The notes under the pieces: generated by a model
Seen by the model: only the letters and a program-made list of their open reading frames with translations
Databases searched by the model: none
Told to the model about the DNA's origin: nothing
Part shown: positions 25,101-39,042 of the stretch, piece after piece
How the letters are laid out: each line of letters begins with the position of its first letter
Position numbering within the stretch: the first letter of the stretch is position 1
DNA from: the human T2T-CHM13v2.0 reference genome, Homo sapiens
Reading direction: 5' to 3' (one strand)
Assembly: GCF_009914755.1 (NCBI RefSeq)
Contig: NC_060940.1
DNA length: 64,000 nucleotides
Made by a program: the position numbers and the translations under genes

Positions 25101-28100
25101 AAAAACTAGACAGAATCTTTCTCAGAAACTGCTCTGGGATGTGTGCGTTCAACTCACAGAGTTTAACTTTTCTTTTCATTCAGCAGTTTGGAAACACTCT
25201 GTTTGGAAAGTCTGCACGTGGATATTTTGACCTCTTTGAGGCCTTCGTTGGAAACGGGTTTTTTTCATGTAACGCTAGACAGAAGAAATCTCAGTAACTT
25301 CCTTGTGTTATGTGTATTCAACTGACAGAGTTGAACCTTCCTTTAGACAGAGCAGATTCGAAACACTCTTTTTCTGCAATTTGCAAGTGGAGACTTCAAG
25401 CGCTTTGAGGCCAAAGGCAGAAAAGGAAATATCTTCGTATAAAAACCCGACAGAATCATTCTCAGAAACTGCTCTGTGATGTGTGCGTTCAACTCACAGA
25501 GTTTAACTTTTCTTTTCATTCAGCAGTTTGGAAACACTCTGTTTGTAAAGTCTGCAAGTGGATATCTTGGCCTCTTAGAGGCCTTCGTTGGAAACGGGTT
25601 TTTTCATGTAAGGTTAGACAGAGGAATTCCCAGTAACTTCCTTGTGTTGTGTGCATTCAACTCACAGAGTTGAATGATTCTTTACACAGAGCAGATTTGA
25701 GACACTCTTTTGGTGGAATTTGTAAGTGGAGAATTCAGCTGCTTTGAGGTCAACGGTAGAAAAGGAAATATCTTCGTATAAAAACTAGACAGAATGATTC
25801 TCAGAAACTGTTTTGTGATGTGTGCGTTCAACTCACAGAGTTTAACCTTTCTTTTCAAAGAGCAGTTAGGAAACACTCTGTTTGTAAAGTCTGCAAGTGG
25901 ATATTCAGACCTCTTTGAGGCCTTCGTTGGAAACGGGATTTCTTCATATTATGCTAGACAGATGAATTCTCAGTAACTTCCTTGTGTTGTGTGTATTCAA
26001 CTCACAGAGTTGAACGATCCTTTACACAGAGCAGATTTGAAACACTGTTTTTCTGGAATTTGCAAGTGGAGATTTCAGCCGCTTTGAGGTCAATGGTAGA
26101 AAAAGAAATATCTTCGTATAAAAACTAGACAGAATGATTCTCAGAAACTCCTTTGTGATGTGTGCGTTCAACTCACAGAGTTTAACCTTTCTTTTCACAG
26201 AGCAGTTAGGAAACACTCTGTTTGTGAAGCCTGCCAGTGGATATTCGGACCTCTTTGAGGCCTTCGTTGGAAACGGGATTTCTTCATATTATGCTAGACA
26301 GAAGATTTCTCAGTAACTTCTTTGTGTTGTGTGTATGCAACTCACAGAGTTCAACCTTCCTTTAGACAGAGCAGATTTGAAACACTCTTTTTGTGGAATT
26401 TGCAAGTGGAGATTTCAAGCGCTTTGAGGCCAAAAGCAGAAAAGGAAATATTTTCCTATAAAAACTAGACAGAATCTTTCTCAGAAACTGCTCTGTGATG
26501 TGTGCGTTCAACTCACAGAGTTTAACTTTTCTTTTCATTCAGCAGTTTGGAAACACTCTGTTTGTAAAGTCTGCAAGTGGATATCTTGGCCTCTTAGAGG
26601 CCTTCGTTGGAAACGGGTTTTTTCATGTAAGGATAGACAGAGGAATTCCCAGTAACTTCCTTGTGTTGTGTGCATTCAACTCACAGAGTTGAATGATTCT
26701 TTACAAAGAGCAGATTTGAGACTCTCTTTTGGTGGAATTTGTAAGTGGAGAATTCAGCCGCTTTGAGGTCAACGGTAGAAAAGGAAATATCTTCGTATAA
26801 AAACTAGACAGAATGATTCTCAGAAACTGTTTTGTGATGTGTGCGTTCAACTCACAGAGTTTAACCTTTCTTTTCAAAGAGCAGTTAGGAAACACTCTGT
26901 TTGTAAAGTCTGCAAGTGGATATTCAGACCTCTTTGAGGCCTTCGTTGGAAACGGGATTTCTTCATATTATGCTAGACAGATGAATTCTCAGTAACTTCC
27001 TTGTGTTGTGTGTATTCAACTCACAGAGTTAAACGATCCTTTACACAGAGCAGATTTGAAACACTGTTTTTCTGGAATTTGCAAGTGGAGATTTCAGCCG
27101 CTTTGAGGTCAATGGTAGAAAAGGAAATATCTTCGTATAAAAACTAGACAGAATGATTCTCAGAAACTCCTTTGTGATGTGTGCGTTCAACTCACAGAGT
27201 TTAACCTTTCTTTTCACAGAGCAGTTAGGAAACACTCTGTTTGTGAAGCCTGCCAGTGGATATTCGGACCTCTTTGAGGCCTTCGTTGGAAACGGGATTT
27301 CTTCATATTATACTAGACAGAAGATTTCTCAGTAACTTCTTTGTGTTGTGTGTATGCAACTCACAGAGTTCAACCTTCCTTTAGACAGAGCAGATTTGAA
27401 ACACTCTTTTTGTGGAATTTGCAAGTGGAGATTTCAAGCGCTTTGAGGCCAAAAGCAGAAAAGGAAATATTTTCCTATAAAAACTAGACAGAATCTTTCT
27501 CAGAAACTGCTCTGTGATGTGTGCGTTCAACTCACAGAGTTTAACTTTTCTTTTCATTCAGCAGTTTGGAAACACTCTGTTTGTATAGTCTGCAAGTGGA
27601 TATCTTGGCCTCTTAGAGGCCTTCGTTGGAAACGGGTTTTTTCATGTAAGGATAGACAGAGGAATTCCCAGTAACTTCCTTGTGTTGTGTGCATTCAACT
27701 CACAGAGTTGAATGATTCTTGACACAGAGCAGATTTGAGACACTCTTTTGGTGGAATTTGTAAGTGGAGAATTCAGCCGCTTTGAGGTCAACGGTAGAAA
27801 AGGAAATATCTTCGTATAAAAACTAGACAGAATGATTCTCAGAAACTGTTTTGTGATGTGTGCGTTCAACTCACAGAGTTTAACCTTTCTTTTCAAAGAG
27901 CAGTTAGGAAACACTCTGTTTGTAAAGTCTGAAAGTGGATATTCAGACCTCTTTGAGGCCTTCGTTGGAAACGGGATTTCTTCATATTATGCTAGACAGA
28001 TGAATTCTCAGTAACTTCCTTGTGTTGTGTGTATTCAACTCACAGAGTTAAACGATCCTTTACACAGAGCAGATTTGAAACACTGTTTTTCTGGAATTTG

Positions 28101-29360
28101 CAAGTGGAGATTTCAGCCGCTTTGAGGTCAATGGTAGAAAAGGAAATATCTTCGTATAAAAACTAGACAGAATGATTCTCAGAAACTCCTTTGTGATGTG
28201 TGCGTTCAACTCACAGAGTTTAACCTTTCTTTTCACAGAGCAGTTAGGAAACACTCTGTTTGTGAAGCCTGCCAGTGGATATTCGGACCTCTTTGAGGCC
28301 TTCGTTGGAAACGGGATTTCTTCATATTATGCTAGACAGAAGATTTCTCAGTAACTTCTTTGTGTTGTGTGTATGCAACTCACAGAGTTCAACCTTCCTT
28401 TAGACAGAGCAGATTTGAAACACTCTTTTTGTGGAATTTGCAAGTGGAGATTTCAAGCGCTTCGATGCCAATGGTAGAAAAGGAAATATCTTCGTATAAA
28501 AACAAGACAAACTCGTTCCCAGACACTGCGTAGTGATGTGTGTGTTTAACTCACAGAGTTTCACCTTTCTTTTCATACAGCATTCTGGAAACCCTCTGTT
28601 TGTAAAGTCTGCAAGTGGATATTTGGACCTCTTAGATGCCTTCGTTGGAAACGGGATTTCTTCATATAATGCTAGAGGGAAGAATTCTTAGTAACTTCTT
28701 TGTGTTGTGTGTATTCAACTGACAGAGTTGAACCTTCCTTTAGACAGAGCAGATTTGAAAGTCTCTTTTTGTGGAATTTGCAAGTGGAGATTTCAAGCGC
28801 TTTGAGGCCAAAAGCAGAAAAGGAAATATTTTCCTATAAAAACTAGACAGAATCTTTCTCAGAAACTGCTCTGGGATGTGTGCGTTCAACTCACAGAGTT
28901 TAACTTTTCTTTTCATTCAGCAGTTTGGAAACACTCTGTTTGGAAAGTCTGCACGTGGATATTTTGACCTCTTTGAGGCCTTCGTTGGAAACGGGTTTTT
29001 TTCATGTAAGGCTAGACAGAAGAAATCTCAGTAACTTCCTTGTGTTGTGTGTATTCAACTGACAGAGTTGAACCTTCTTTTAGACAGAGCAGATTCGAAA
29101 CACTCTTTTTCTGCAATTTGCAAGTGGAGACTTCAAGCGCTTTGAGGCCAAAGGCAGAAAAGGAAATATCTTCGTATAAAAACCCGACAGAATCATTCTC
29201 AGAAACTGCTCTGTGATGTGTGCGTTCAACTCACAGAGTTTAACTTTTCTTTTCATTCAGCAGTTTGGAAACACTCTGTTTGTAAAGTCTGCAAGTGGAT
29301 ATCTTGGCCTCTTAGAGGCCTTCGTTGGAAAAGGGTTTTTTCATGTAAGGTTAGACAGAG

Positions 29361-32300
29361 GAATTCCCAGTAACTTCCTTGTGTTGTGTGCATTCAACTC
29401 ACAGAGTTGAATGATTCTTTACAGAGAGCAGATTTGAGACACTCTTTTGGTGGAATTTGTTAGTGGAGAATTCAGCCGCTTTGAGGTCAACGGTAGAAAA
29501 GGAAATATCTTCGTATAAAAACTAGACAGAATGATTCTCAGAAACTGTTTTGTGATGTGTGCGTTCAACTCACAGAGTTTAACCTTTCTTTTCAAAGAGC
29601 AGTTAGGAAACACTCTGTTTGTAAAGTCTGCAAGTGGATATTCAGACCTCTTTGAGGCCTTCGTTGGAAACGGGATTTCTTCATATTATGCTAGACAGAT
29701 GAATTCTCAGTAACTTCCTTGTGTTGTGTGTATTCAACTCACAGAGTTGAACGATCCTTTACACAGAGCAGATTTGAAACACTGTTTTTCTGGAATTTGC
29801 AAGTGGAGATTTCAGCTGCTTTGAGGTCAATGGTAGAAAAGGAAATATCTTCGTATAAAAACTAGACAGAATGATTCTCAGAAACTCCTTTGTGATGTGT
29901 GCGTTCAACTCACAGAGTTTAACCTTTCTTTTCACAGAGCAGTTAGGAAACACTCTGTTTGTGAAGCCTGCCAGTGGATATTCGGACCTCTTTGAGGCCT
30001 TCGTTGGAAACGGGATTTCTTCATATTATGCTAGACAGAAGATTTCTCAGTAACTTCTTTGTGTTGTGTGTATGCAACTCACAGAGTTCAACCTTCCTTT
30101 AGACAGAGCAGATTTGAAACACTCTTTTTGTGGAATTTGCAAGTGGAGATTTCAAGCGCTTTGAGGCCAAAAGCAGAAAAGGAAATATTTTCCTATAAAA
30201 ACTAGACAGAATCTTTCTCAGAAACTGCTCTGTGATGTGTGCGTTCAACTCACAGAGTTTAACTTTTCTTTTCATTCAGCAGTTTGGAAACACTCTGTTT
30301 GTAAAGTCTGCAAGTGGATATCTTGGCCTCTTAGAGGCCTTCGTTGGAAACGGGTTTTTTCATGTAAGGATAGACAGAGGAATTCCCAGTAACTTCCTTG
30401 TGTTGTGTGCATTCAACTCACAGAGTTGAATGATTCTTTACACAGAGCAGATTTGAGACACTCTTTTGGTGGAATTTGTAAGTGGAGAATTCAGCCGCTT
30501 TGAGGTCAACGGTAGAAAAGGAAATATCTTCGTATAAAAACTAGACAGAATGATTCTCAGAAACTGTTTTGTGATGTGTGCGTTCAACTCACAGAGTTTA
30601 ACCTTTCTTTTCAAAGAGCAGTTAGGAAACACTCTGTTTGTAAAGTCTGCAAGTGGATATTCAGACCTCTTTGAGGCCTTCGTTGGAAACGGGATTTCTT
30701 CATATTATGCTAGACAGATGAATTCTCAGTAACTTCCTTGTGTTGTGTGTATTCAACTCACAGAGTTAAACGATCCTTTACACAGAGCAGATTTGAAACA
30801 CTGTTTTTCTGGAATTTGCAAGTGGAGATTTCAGCCGCTTTGAGGTCAATGGTAGAAAAGGAAATATCTTCGTATAAAAACTAGACAGAATGATTCTCAG
30901 AAACTCCTTTGTGATGTGTGCGTTCAACTCACAGAGTTTAACCTTTCTTTTCACAGAGCAGTTAGGAAACACTCTGTTTGTGAAGCCTGCCAGTGGATAT
31001 TCGGACCTCTTTGAGGCCTTCGTTGGAAACGGGATTTCTTCATATTATACTAGACAGAAGATTTCTCAGTAACTTCTTTGTGTTGTGTGTATGCAACTCA
31101 CAGAGTTCAACCTTCCTTTAGACAGAGCAGATTTGAAACACTCTTTTTGTGGAATTTGCAAGTGGAGATTTCAAGCGCTTTGAGGCCAAAAGCAGAAAAG
31201 GAAATATTTTCCTATAAAAACTAGACAGAATCTTTCTCAGAAACTGCTCTGTGATGTGTGCGTTCAACTCACAGAGTTTAACTTTTCTTTTCATTCAGCA
31301 GTTTGGAAACACTCTGTTTGTAAAGTCTGCAAGTGGATATCTTGGCCTCTTAGAGGCCTTCGTTGGAAACGGGTTTTTTCATGTAAGGATAGACAGAGGA
31401 ATTCCCAGTAACTTCCTTGTGTTGTGTGCATTCAACTCACAGAGTTGAATGATTCTTTACACAGAGCAGATTTGAGACACTCTTTTGGTGGAATTTGTAA
31501 GTGGAGAATTCAGCCGCTTTGAGGTCAACGGTAGAAAAGGAAATATCTTCGTATAAAAACTAGACAGAATGATTCTCAGAAACTGTTTTGTGATGTGTGC
31601 GTTCAACTCACAGAGTTTAACCTTTCTTTTCAAAGAGCAGTTAGGAAACACTCTGTTTGTAAAGTCTGCAAGTGGATATTCAGACCTCTTTGAGGCCTTC
31701 GTTGGAAACGGGATTTCTTCATATTATGCTAGACAGATGAATTCTCAGTAACTTCCTTGTGTTGTGTGTATTCAACTCACAGAGTTGAACGATCCTTTAC
31801 ACAGAGCAGATTTGAAACACTGTTTTTCTTGAATTTGCAAGTGGAGATTTCAGCCGCTTTGAGGTCAATGGTAGAAAAAGAAATATCTTCGTATAAAAAC
31901 TAGACAGAATGATTCTCAGAAACTCCTTTGTGATGTGTGCGTTCAACTCACAGAGTTTAACCTTTCTTTTCACAGAGCAGTTAGGAAACACTCTGTTTGT
32001 GAAGCCTGCCAGTGGATATTCGGACCTCTTTGAGGCCTTCGTTGGAAACGGGATTTCTTCATATTATGCTAGACAGAAGATTTCTCAGTAACTTCTTTGT
32101 GTTGTGTGTATGCAACTCACAGAGTTCAACCTTCCTTTAGACAGAGCAGATTTGAAACACTCTTTTTGTGGAATTTGCAAGTGGAGATTTCAAGCGCTTC
32201 GATGCCAATGGTAGAAAAGGAAATATCTTCGTATAAAAACAAGACAAACTCGTTCCCAGACACTGCGTAGTGATGTGTGTGTTTAACTCACAGAGTTTCA

Positions 32301-35300
32301 CCTTTCTTTTCATACAGCATTCTGGAAACCCTCTGTTTGTAAAGTCTGCAAGTGGATATTTGGACCTCTTAGATGCCTTCGTTGGAAACGGGATTTCTTC
32401 ATATAATGCTAGAGGGAAGAATTCTTAGTAACTTCTTTGTGTTGTGTGTATTCAACTGACAGAGTTGAACCTTCCTTTAGACAGAGCAGATTTGAAAGTC
32501 TCTTTTTGTGGAATTTGCAAGTGGAGATTTCAAGCGCTTTGAGGCCAAAAGCAGAAAAGGAAATATTTTCCTATAAAAACTAGACAGAATCTTTCTCAGA
32601 AACTGCTCTGGGATGTGTGCGTTCAACTCACAGAGTTTAACTTTTCTTTTCATTCAGCAGTTTGGAAACACTCTGTTTGGAAAGTCTGCACGTGGATATT
32701 TTGACCTCTTTGAGGCCTTCGTTGGAAACGGGTTTTTTTCATGTAAGGCTAGACAGAAGAAATCTCAGTAACTTCCTTGTGTTGTGTGTATTCAACTGAC
32801 AGAGTTGAACCTTCTTTTAGACAGAGCAGATTCGAAACACTCTTTTTCTGCAATTTGCAAGTGGAGACTTCAAGCGCTTTGAGGCCAAAGGCAGAAAAGG
32901 AAATATCTTCGTATAAAAACCCGACAGAATCATTCTCAGAAACTGCTCTGTGATGTGTGCGTTCAACTCACAGAGTTTAACTTTTCTTTTCATTCAGCAG
33001 TTTGGAAACACTCTGTTTGTAAAGTCTGCAAGTGGATATCTTGGCCTCTTAGAGGCCTTCGTTGGAAAAGGGTTTTTTCATGTAAGGTTAGACAGACGAA
33101 TTCCCAGTAACTTCCTTGTGTTGTGTGCATTCAACTCACAGAGTTGAATGATTCTTTACAGAGAGCAGATTTGAGACACTCTTTTGGTGGAATTTGTTAG
33201 TGGAGAATTCAGCCGCTTTGAGGTCAACGGTAGAAAAGGAAATATCTTCGTATAAAAACTAGACAGAATGATTCTCAGAAACTGTTTTGTGATGTGTGCG
33301 TTCAACTCACAGAGTTTAACCTTTCTTTTCAAAGAGCAGTTAGGAAACACTCTGTTTGTAAAGTCTGCAAGTGGATATTCAGACCTCTTTGAGGCCTTCG
33401 TTGGAAACGGGATTTCTTCATATTATGCTAGACAGATGAATTCTCAGTAACTTCCTTGTGTTGTGTGTATTCAACTCACAGAGTTGAACGATCCTTTACA
33501 CAGAGCAGATTTGAAACACTGTTTTTCTGGAATTTGCAAGTGGAGATTTCAGCTGCTTTGAGGTCAATGGTAGAAAAGGAAATATCTTCGTATAAAAACT
33601 AGACAGAATGATTCTCAGAAACTCCTTTGTGATGTGTGCGTTCAACTCACAGAGTTTAACCTTTCTTTTCACAGAGCAGTTAGGAAACACTCTGTTTGTG
33701 AAGCCTGCCAGTGGATATTCGGACCTCTTTGAGGCCTTCGTTGGAAACGGGATTTCTTCATATTATGCTAGACAGAAGATTTCTCAGTAACTTCTTTGTG
33801 TTGTGTGTATGCAACTCACAGAGTTCAACCTTCCTTTAGACAGAGCAGATTTGAAACACTCTTTTTGTGGAATTTGCAAGTGGAGATTTCAAGCGCTTTG
33901 AGGCCAAAAGCAGAAAAGGAAATATTTTCCTATAAAAACTAGACAGAATCTTTCTCAGAAACTGCTCTGTGATGTGTGCGTTCAACTCACAGAGTTTAAC
34001 TTTTCTTTTCATTCAGCAGTTTGGAAACACTCTGTTTGTAAAGTCTGCAAGTGGATATCTTGGCCTCTTAGAGGCCTTCGTTGGAAACGGGTTTTTTCAT
34101 GTAAGGATAGACAGAGGAATTCCCAGTAACTTCCTTGTGTTGTGTGCATTCAACTCACAGAGTTGAATGATTCTTTACACAGAGCAGATTTGAGACACTC
34201 TTTTGGTGGAATTTGTAAGTGGAGAATTCAGCCGCTTTGAGGTCAACGGTAGAAAAGGAAATATCTTCGTATAAAAACTAGACAGAATGATTCTCAGAAA
34301 CTGTTTTGTGATGTGTGCGTTCAACTCACAGAGTTTAACCTTTCTTTTCAAAGAGCAGTTAGGAAACACTCTGTTTGTAAAGTCTGCAAGTGGATATTCA
34401 GACCTCTTTGAGGCCTTCGTTGGAAACGGGATTTCTTCATATTATGCTAGACAGATGAATTCTCAGTAACTTCCTTGTGTTGTGTGTATTCAACTCACAG
34501 AGTTAAACGATCCTTTACACAGAGCAGATTTGAAACACTGTTTTTCTGGAATTTGCAAGTGGAGATTTCAGCCGCTTTGAGGTCAATGGTAGAAAAGGAA
34601 ATATCTTCGTATAAAAACTAGACAGAATGATTCTCAGAAACTCCTTTGTGATGTGTGCGTTCAACTCACAGAGTTTAACCTTTCTTTTCACAGAGCAGTT
34701 AGGAAACACTCTGTTTGTGAAGCCTGCCAGTGGATATTCGGACCTCTTTGAGGCCTTCGTTGGAAACGGGATTTCTTCATATTATACTAGACAGAAGATT
34801 TCTCAGTAACTTCTTTGTGTTGTGTGTATGCAACTCACAGAGTTCAACCTTCCTTTAGACAGAGCAGATTTGAAACACTCTTTTTGTGGAATTTGCAAGT
34901 GGAGATTTCAAGCGCTTTGAGGCCAAAAGCAGAAAAGGAAATATTTTCCTATAAAAACTAGACAGAATCTTTCTCAGAAACTGCTCTGTGATGTGTGCGT
35001 TCAACTCACAGAGTTTAACTTTTCTTTTCATTCAGCAGTTTGGAAACACTCTGTTTGTAAAGTCTGCAAGTGGATATCTTGGCCTCTTAGAGGCCTTCGT
35101 TGGAAACGGGTTTTTTCATGTAAGGATAGACAGAGGAATTCCCAGTAACTTCCTTGTGTTGTGTGCATTCAACTCACAGAGTTGAATGATTCTTTACACA
35201 GAGCAGATTTGAGACACTCTTTTGGTGGAATTTGTAAGTGGAGAATTCAGCCGCTTTGAGGTCAACGGTAGAAAAGGAAATATCTTCGTATAAAAACTAG

Positions 35301-36897
35301 ACAGAATGATTCTCAGAAACTGTTTTGTGATGTGTGCGTTCAACTCACAGAGTTTAACCTTTCTTTTCAAAGAGCAGTTAGGAAACACTCTGTTTGTAAA
35401 GTCTGCAAGTGGATATTCAGACCTCTTTGAGGCCTTCGTTGGAAACGGGATTTCTTCATATTATGCTAGACAGATGAATTCTCAGTAACTTCCTTGTGTT
35501 GTGTGTATTCAACTCACAGAGTTGAACGATCCTTTACACAGAGCAGATTTGAAACACTGTTTTTCTTGAATTTGCAAGTGGAGATTTCAGCCGCTTTGAG
35601 GTCAATGGTAGAAAAAGAAATATCTTCGTATAAAAACTAGACAGAATGATTCTCAGAAACTCCTTTGTGATGTGTGCGTTCAACTCACAGAGTTTAACCT
35701 TTCTTTTCACAGAGCAGTTAGGAAACACTCTGTTTGTGAAGCCTGCCAGTGGATATTCGGACCTCTTTGAGGCCTTCGTTGGAAACGGGATTTCTTCATA
35801 TTATGCTAGACAGAAGATTTCTCAGTAACTTCTTTGTGTTGTGTGTATGCAACTCACAGAGTTCAACCTTCCTTTAGACAGAGCAGATTTGAAACACTCT
35901 TTTTGTGGAATTTGCAAGTGGAGATTTCAAGCGCTTCGATGCCAATGGTAGAAAAGGAAATATCTTCGTATAAAAACAAGACAAACTCGTTCCCAGACAC
36001 TGCGTAGTGATGTGTGTGTTTAACTCACAGAGTTTCACCTTTCTTTTCATACAGCATTCTGGAAACCCTCTGTTTGTAAAGTCTGCAAGTGGATATTTGG
36101 ACCTCTTAGATGCCTTCGTTGGAAACGGGATTTCTTCATATAATGCTAGAGGGAAGAATTCTTAGTAACTTCTTTGTGTTGTGTGTATTCAACTGACAGA
36201 GTTGAACCTTCCTTTAGACAGAGCAGATTTGAAAGTCTCTTTTTGTGGAATTTGCAAGTGGAGATTTCAAGCGCTTTGAGGCCAAAAGCAGAAAAGGAAA
36301 TATTTTCCTATAAAAACTAGACAGAATCTTTCTCAGAAACTGCTCTGGGATGTGTGCGTTCAACTCACAGAGTTTAACTTTTCTTTTCATTCAGCAGTTT
36401 GGAAACACTCTGTTTGGAAAGTCTGCACGTGGATATTTTGACCTCTTTGAGGCCTTCGTTGGAAACGGGTTTTTTTCATGTAAGGCTAGACAGAAGAAAT
36501 CTCAGTAACTTCCTTGTGTTGTGTGTATTCAACTGACAGAGTTGAACCTTCTTTTAGACAGAGCAGATTCGAAACACTCTTTTTCTGCAATTTGCAAGTG
36601 GAGACTTCAAGCGCTTTGAGGCCAAAGGCAGAAAAGGAAATATCTTCGTATAAAAACCCGACAGAATCATTCTCAGAAACTGCTCTGTGATGTGTGCGTT
36701 CAACTCACAGAGTTTAACTTTTCTTTTCATTCAGCAGTTTGGAAACACTCTGTTTGTAAAGTCTGCAAGTGGATATCTTGGCCTCTTAGAGGCCTTCGTT
36801 GGAAAAGGGTTTTTTCATGTAAGGTTAGACAGACGAATTCCCAGTAACTTCCTTGTGTTGTGTGCATTCAACTCACAGAGTTGAATGATTCTTTACA
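29361..36897 (+). repeat. Tandem duplication of a 22-monomer (6+6+10) block, period 3737 bp
   Basis: Rare variants repeat at +3737: ACAGAGAGC 29424/33161, TATTATACTAG ~31049/34786, TTTTTCTTGAA ~31830/35567, AGACGAATT 33097/36834. Bounded by mismatches at 29360 and 36898. Confidence 0.88.
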
Positions 36898-39042
36898 CAG
36901 AGCAGATTTGAGACACTCTTTTGGTGGAATTTGTTAGTGGAGAATTCAGCCGCTTTGAGGTCAACGGTAGAAAAGGAAATATCTTCGTATAAAAACTAGA
37001 CAGAATGATTCTCAGAAACTGTTTTGTGATGTGTGCGTTCAACTCACAGAGTTTAACCTTTCTTTTCAAAGAGCAGTTAGGAAACACTCTGTTTGTAAAG
37101 TCTGCAAGTGGATATTCAGACCTCTTTGAGGCCTTCGTTGGAAACGGGATTTCTTCATATTATGCTAGACAGATGAATTCTCAGTAACTTCCTTGTGTTG
37201 TGTGTATTCAACTCACAGAGTTGAACGATCCTTTACACAGAGCAGATTTGAAACACTGTTTTTCTGGAATTTGCAAGTGGAGATTTCAGCTGCTTTGAGG
37301 TCAATGGTAGAAAAGGAAATATCTTCGTATAAAAACTAGACAGAATGATTCTCAGAAACTCCTTTGTGATGTGTGCGTTCAACTCACAGAGTTTAACCTT
37401 TCTTTTCACAGAGCAGTTAGGAAACACTCTGTTTGTGAAGCCTGCCAGTGGATATACGGACCTCTTTGAGGCCTTCGTTGGAAACGGGATTTCTTCATAT
37501 TATGCTAGACAGAAGATTTCTCAGTAACTTCTTTGTGTTGTGTGTATGCAACTCACAGAGTTCAACCTTCCTTTAGACAGAGCAGATTTGAAACACTCTT
37601 TTTGTGGAATTTGCAAGTGGAGATTTCAAGCGCTTTGAGGCCAAAAGCAGAAAAGGAAATATTTTCCTATAAAAACTAGACAGAATCTTTCTCAGAAACT
37701 GCTCTGTGATGTGTGCGTTCAACTCACAGAGTTTAACTTTTCTTTTCATTCAGCAGTTTGGAAACACTCTGTTTGTAAAGTCTGCAAGTGGATATCTTGG
37801 CCTCTTAGAGGCCTTCGTTGGAAACGGGTTTTTTCATGTAAGGATAGACAGAGGAATTCCCAGTAACTTCCTTGTGTTGTGTGCATTCAACTCACAGAGT
37901 TGAATGATTCTTTACACAGAGCAGATTTGAGACACTCTTTTGGTGGAATTTGTAAGTGGAGAATTCAGCCGCTTTGAGGTCAACGGTAGAAAAGGAAATA
38001 TCTTCGTATAAAAACTAGACAGAATGATTCTCAGAAACTGTTTTGTGATGTGTGCGTTCAACTCACAGAGTTTAACCTTTCTTTTCAAAGAGCAGTTAGG
38101 AAACACTCTGTTTGTAAAGTCTGCAAGTGGATATTCAGACCTCTTTGAGGCCTTCGTTGGAAACGGGATTTCTTCATATTATGCTAGACAGATGAATTCT
38201 CAGTAACTTCCTTGTGTTGTGTGTATTCAACTCACCGAGTTAAACGATCCTTTACACAGAGCAGATTTGAAACACTGTTTTTCTGGAATTTGCAAGTGGA
38301 GATTTCAGCCGCTTTGAGGTCAATGGTAGAAAAGGAAATATCTTCGTATAAAAACTAGACAGAATGATTCTCAGAAACTACTTTGTGATATGTGCGTTCA
38401 ACTCACAGACTTTAACCTTTCTTTTCACAGAGCAGTTAGGAAACACTCTGTGAAGCCTGCCAGTGGATATTCGGACCTCTTTGAGGCCTTCGTTGGAAAC
38501 GGGATTTCTTCATATTATGCTAGACAGAAGATTTCTCAGTAACTTCTTTGTGTTGTGTGTATGCAACTCACAGAGTTCAACCTTCCTTTAGACAGAGCAG
38601 ATTTGAAACACTCTTTTTGTGGAATTTGCAAGTGGAGATTTCAAGCGCTTCAATGCCAATGGTAGAAAAGGAAATATCTTCGTATAAAAACAAGACAAAC
38701 TCGTTCCCAGACACTGCGTAGTGATGTGTGTGTTTAACTCACAGAGTTTCACCTTTCTTTTCATACAGCATTCTGGAAACCCTCTGTTTGTAAAGTCTGC
38801 AAGTGGATATTTGGACCTCTTAGATGCCTTCGTTGGAAACGGGATTTCTTCATATAATGCTAGAGGGAAGAATTCTTAGTAACTTCTTTGTGTTGTGTGT
38901 ATTCAACTGACAGAGTTGAACCTTCCTTTAGACAGAGCAGATTTGAAAGTCTCTTTTTGTGGAATTTGCAAGTGGAGATTTCAAGCGCTTTGAGGCCAAA
39001 GGCAGAAAAGGAAATATCTTCGTATAAAAACCCGACAGAATC

